A stretch of 64,000 nt of DNA from Candidatus Caldarchaeum sp. (GTDB taxonomy: Archaea > Thermoproteota > Nitrososphaeria_A > Caldarchaeales > Caldarchaeaceae): contig JAWBRA010000007.1 in NCBI GenBank assembly GCA_038844785.1, positions 1 to 64,000 on the forward strand, read 5' to 3'. Every line of letters begins with the position of its first letter. The first letter of the stretch is position 1. The translations under genes were made by a program, and so were the position numbers. This document shows, one piece after another, positions 60,961 through 64,000 of the stretch. Under the pieces are notes generated by a model, which saw only the letters and a program-made list of their open reading frames with translations, was not told the DNA's origin and ran no database searches.

Positions 60961-61190
60961 CCTTTCCTCTGCCGTATCTCGTCCTCGATTTCCTCAAGGG
61001 TCTTGCCTGTCACGTCTATTCCAAGCTGGCGGGCTTTCTCCAAAACCTCCTCCCGCCTGGAGGCTTTCTCAAACTCCCTTTTCGCCTCACCCAGCGACCG
61101 CGCCAGCTTCGGAAGCTTGCTGGGAAGAATGTATATCGCTATCAAGATGATGGCCGCGACGATTGCGATCTCAGTCAACGAGAGAGCCAT
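60957..61190 (-). CDS. tatA: Twin-arginine translocase subunit TatA
   Basis: TM + PSKLPKLARSLGEAKREFEKA amphipathic helix. Confidence 0.88.
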   Translation of the reverse strand: MALSLTEIAIVAAIILIAIYILPSKLPKLARSLGEAKREFEKASRREEVLEKARQLGIDVTGKTLEEIEDEIRQRKG

Positions 61191-61245
61191 GCCAAAATAA
61201 CTGCAGAGTAAGACTTAAACGTTTAGCTGAACATGTCTTCCAGCA

Positions 61246-61319
61246 GGGCCGGTGGTCTAGCCTGGTAGGACGCCGCCCTCACACGGCGGAGGTCGAGAGT
61301 TCGAATCTCTCCCGGCCCA
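61246..61319 (+). tRNA. tRNA-Val(CAC)
   Basis: GGGCCGG/CCGGCCC-A, anticodon arm CCGCC-CTCACAC-GGCGG, T arm GAGAG-TTCGAAT-CTCTC. Confidence 0.96.
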
Positions 61320-61340
61320 CGATTTCTAGGTAAATGTTAA

Positions 61341-61445
61341 CGGGCCCGGTGGGACTTGAACCCACGACCTACGGCTTAGGAGGCCGCCGAACCAGGAAAC
61401 ACACTTATGGTGTATTTCTCTCTATCCATGCTGAGCCACGGGCCC
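61341..61445 (-). tRNA. tRNA-Arg(CCT) with 30-nt non-canonical intron at 24/25 (61390-61419)
   Basis: GGGCCCG/CGGGCCC-G, anticodon arm GCGGC-CTCCTAA-GCCGT; removing the intron restores D stem GCTC/GAGC. Confidence 0.9.
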
Positions 61446-61485
61446 ACAGATTCATGACAGCCTGACTACATAAACTTAAAGGCAC

Positions 61486-61517
61486 CCGCCGCCCCATCCA
61501 TTCTGGGCTACGGGCCA
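61486..61517 (-). other. Orphan tRNA 5' half (tRNA-Arg-like, positions 1-30)
   Basis: TGGCCCGTAGCCCAGAATGGATGGGGCGGCGG; D stem GCCC/GGGC; no T arm nearby. Confidence 0.65.
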
Positions 61518-61612
61518 GCTTAACGTCTGCAGAGCCTTGAAATATATTCTTAGCCTTGGCTGGGGAAGGTTGTCTTTAATAGGGTCCCGTTTATAAGGTT
61601 TTTGAAGCGGCT

Positions 61613-63166
61613 TTGAAGAAGGTAACGGCTCTGTCGATGTTGTTACTCTGCCTCGCGGCCATAGCCTCGGCCAGCTCGCAGACATCCTTCTCCAGACATA
61701 TTCACGTCGCCGACGGTGGGCTGGTTTTTGTAACAGACGTTATCCCTGTTGTCTCGGGTTCTGAACAGCTCCGGCTGGGTTTTCCAGCCGACATGTCGAA
61801 AAACCTTGCAGGCTATATGTTGGCCGGGCAGGAGGGGGTGTTAAACGTCAAAGAAACTGAGAGCGGTATCTTATGGCTTGAGGCGAAAACCAGCGGCGGA
61901 TGGATGGGAAACGAGGTTGCCGTCGTAACCGTTTGGAGAGATGTGCTGGTAGAAATATCAAGCGGCAGATACCAGCTGGTAATACCCTCAAACCCGGTGC
62001 TTGAGAAAAGCATCGACAAAATCTCTGTAAAGCTAACCATCGACGGAACAGCTTCCATAACCTCCGCCACTGGAATAGAGGTCTCAAGCGATAAGAGGGT
62101 GGCTTCGGGGGAAGTGACAGACATTTCACCGCGGCAGTTCAAAACGATTACGGTGTTTTTCGAGGCGCCAGACCTTCTCAGATACGTGGTGGAAAGGGCT
62201 GAAGTTGAAGTAGACTTAACCTCAGACACCGTTGCAGCGAGCATACTGGTGAGAAATGTTGGAACAACACCCTTCAACTCAGCGGAGTTTTACCTTGGGA
62301 AAGAAGCTGATGTTATGTCGGTTACAAGCGGTCTTCTACCGCTCAGCCGAAGCTGGGATGCTGGCAAAGGTGTTTTGACAGTCAATTTTCCAGACTCCCT
62401 GAAAGCTGGTGAAAGAATAACGGTTAACATAGTATACAGGGATAAAGCTATAGTGCAGCGTAAAAATGGAGAGTCAGTAATCAAGCTGCCGCGACTTCTG
62501 AACACAACGGTTACCGAGTATTTCCTGACGTTGAAGACGCCGCCGGCCGAAAGCCTATACTATAGCTTAGAGCCATGGTCTTTAAAGCTTGTTGAAAACA
62601 ACCGACGCGAGGTTACGTTCCGGTTTGCAGGACTATACGTCACGGGACGTGAGACTGTTACGCTAAACTTCACAGCTTTACAGGTGTTTCCAGCTCCCAC
62701 CTTGCTTTTGCTGGCCATAGCCGTTGTAGCCAGCGTTCAAATCATAGCCTTCAGACAGCGTCGAGGTAGGAGAGAAACCCCCGCCGACCTGACCAACCTG
62801 CGAAGGTCTGTGGAAAAGCTGGTGGACATGGCCCTCGAAGAACTGGACAGCTTGAAGGCAGTGGAAAAGCCTGCGAAGCCTCCCAAGCCGGTGGAGGACC
62901 AAATCCGCTCGGTCAAAGAAATGATATCAGAAGTTAGAAAAGGGATTAAAGCGGGCGAGGTAGCATCAGGTCTGAACACGTTGGATAAGCTTGTGACGGA
63001 GCTATATACAACCTTCCAAGCGGTTTCAAAAACCGTCGAAGACTTTAGAGCAGGACGGCTGCCCAGAAGCGTTTTCCAACGGGTTTTTAACGAGTACAGA
63101 AAGGCATGCGGCAAGACTGCAGGCGAAATATACAATGTTTTGGACAGAATCAGCAGGCAAACCTAA
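61613..63166 (+). CDS. Type I membrane protein, ribophorin-I-like architecture
   Basis: Signal peptide, beta-rich ectodomain (RHIHVADGGLVFVTD), TM ~aa 362-380, helical cytoplasmic tail. Confidence 0.5.
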   Translation: MKKVTALSMLLLCLAAIASASSQTSFSRHIHVADGGLVFVTDVIPVVSGSEQLRLGFPADMSKNLAGYMLAGQEGVLNVKETESGILWLEAKTSGGWMGNEVAVVTVWRDVLVEISSGRYQLVIPSNPVLEKSIDKISVKLTIDGTASITSATGIEVSSDKRVASGEVTDISPRQFKTITVFFEAPDLLRYVVERAEVEVDLTSDTVAASILVRNVGTTPFNSAEFYLGKEADVMSVTSGLLPLSRSWDAGKGVLTVNFPDSLKAGERITVNIVYRDKAIVQRKNGESVIKLPRLLNTTVTEYFLTLKTPPAESLYYSLEPWSLKLVENNRREVTFRFAGLYVTGRETVTLNFTALQVFPAPTLLLLAIAVVASVQIIAFRQRRGRRETPADLTNLRRSVEKLVDMALEELDSLKAVEKPAKPPKPVEDQIRSVKEMISEVRKGIKAGEVASGLNTLDKLVTELYTTFQAVSKTVEDFRAGRLPRSVFQRVFNEYRKACGKTAGEIYNVLDRISRQT

Positions 63167-64000
63167 CAACACTCTCAACCACTTTAGCGATCTTTTCGAC
63201 AGGGTTTTCCATCGACATAATAAGCTTGCCGGCTCGGCGAGACAGCCGAGACCTTATTCGGTCCGCATCTCTCACCATTGACGCGGCCATTTTCAGAATT
63301 TCTTGAGAGCCGTCTGCGTGGAAGATTAGACCTTGGTTTTTTAAGTACTGTATAACCTCGGGCAGACTGGAAGGGTAAAATGATATTGTCGGGATTCCGA
63401 GTAGGGCAGCCTCTTGGGTCATAGTGCCACCTCCGCCGATGAAAATCTCCGAATAGTAGAGCAGTGTAAAGTCTTTGACGGGTTTTTCAACAACGACTAC
63501 GTTGCCGCTTACTTGATTTTGTAGGTAAACGACCTCGTCTGAGTAACGTGGTAACACGACAACTTTATATCCCTTGAGCCGGCCAGCCAACTCCTTCAGC
63601 AAGTTTGAGAAAGATTCTAGGCTCCAGCCAACCTTGTTGAGGTATGCCGCCTTGTACTCAGGGGTTCTAACCAAGACATAGTTTTTCTCATCCAGACCAT
63701 ACTCGTCCAAAAGCTGTTTGCTAGGCTTGTAGCCTCTAAGCCACACTACCGGGTCGAGCGCCTTGTACAAGATTATGTTGTGGCTTTGCACCCCAAGCTC
63801 CCGCCATCGCTTTTTACCAATGATCCACGGAGACAGCACGCGAGCCGAGACAGGGGCTACAAGCCTGTTGACGGGGGAGCCGGGGGTGTCTGAGGTTAGG
63901 ATGTGGGGCTTGCCTAATCCGTAGGCTATTCTAGCGGCTTCCGGCGACCCGCCTGAAATAGCACAGTCGAACTCCCCGATTTTCTCCAGAAGCTGCCGGG
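63150..64000 (-). CDS. DUF354-family (GT-B-like) protein, 5' end outside the window
   Basis: Frame extends upstream of 63839 (GGSPEAARIAYGLGKPHI..SDTP); FIGGGGTMTQEAALLGIPTIS. Confidence 0.75.
   Translation of the reverse strand, partial: RQLLEKIGEFDCAISGGSPEAARIAYGLGKPHILTSDTPGSPVNRLVAPVSARVLSPWIIGKKRWRELGVQSHNIILYKALDPVVWLRGYKPSKQLLDEYGLDEKNYVLVRTPEYKAAYLNKVGWSLESFSNLLKELAGRLKGYKVVVLPRYSDEVVYLQNQVSGNVVVVEKPVKDFTLLYYSEIFIGGGGTMTQEAALLGIPTISFYPSSLPEVIQYLKNQGLIFHADGSQEILKMAASMVRDADRIRSRLSRRAGKLIMSMENPVEKIAKVVESVVRFAC

Noticed and set aside
61476-61685. 69-aa ORF, or a permuted tRNA upstream of the orphan 5' half
   Set aside because: The ORF has no recognisable features, and no T arm or 3' acceptor strand can be folded upstream of the half

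Overview
Archaeal chromosome segment, most consistent with a thermophilic TACK lineage (Aigarchaeota/Caldiarchaeum-like). This is inferred from the fused Rpo1, BHB-type introns, unlinked rRNA genes and GC-rich 16S. Main contents, in order: (1) RNA polymerase operon rpoH-rpoB-rpoA(fused)-rpl30e-nusA-rps7, with rps12 missing; (2) archaeal PEP carboxylase; (3) a ~19 kb purine uptake/catabolism cluster: BMP-type ABC transporter, adenine deaminase, LLM/F420-type reductase, SsnA-like amidohydrolase, 3-subunit Mo-hydroxylase, two YgeW-like carbamoyltransferases, carbamate kinase, two PLP enzymes and a frameshifted V4R gene. It looks like an archaeal variant of the anaerobic 2,8-dioxopurine pathway; (4) a split-barrel/MenA fusion; (5) atpA-atpB; (6) a stand-alone 16S rRNA gene with three BHB introns at E. 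coli positions ~793, 908 and 1205, two with intact LAGLIDADG genes and one with a decayed relic; (7) a separate 5S rRNA; (8) ModE-WtpABC; (9) tRNA-Trp (intron), tRNA-Val and tRNA-Arg (non-canonical 24/25 intron), with an orphan tRNA 5' half upstream of tRNA-Arg; (10) two IS6-family elements; (11) a CoxL-like gene with one amber stop; (12) a ribophorin-I-like membrane protein. All protein calls come from motif recognition by eye; no database searches were run.
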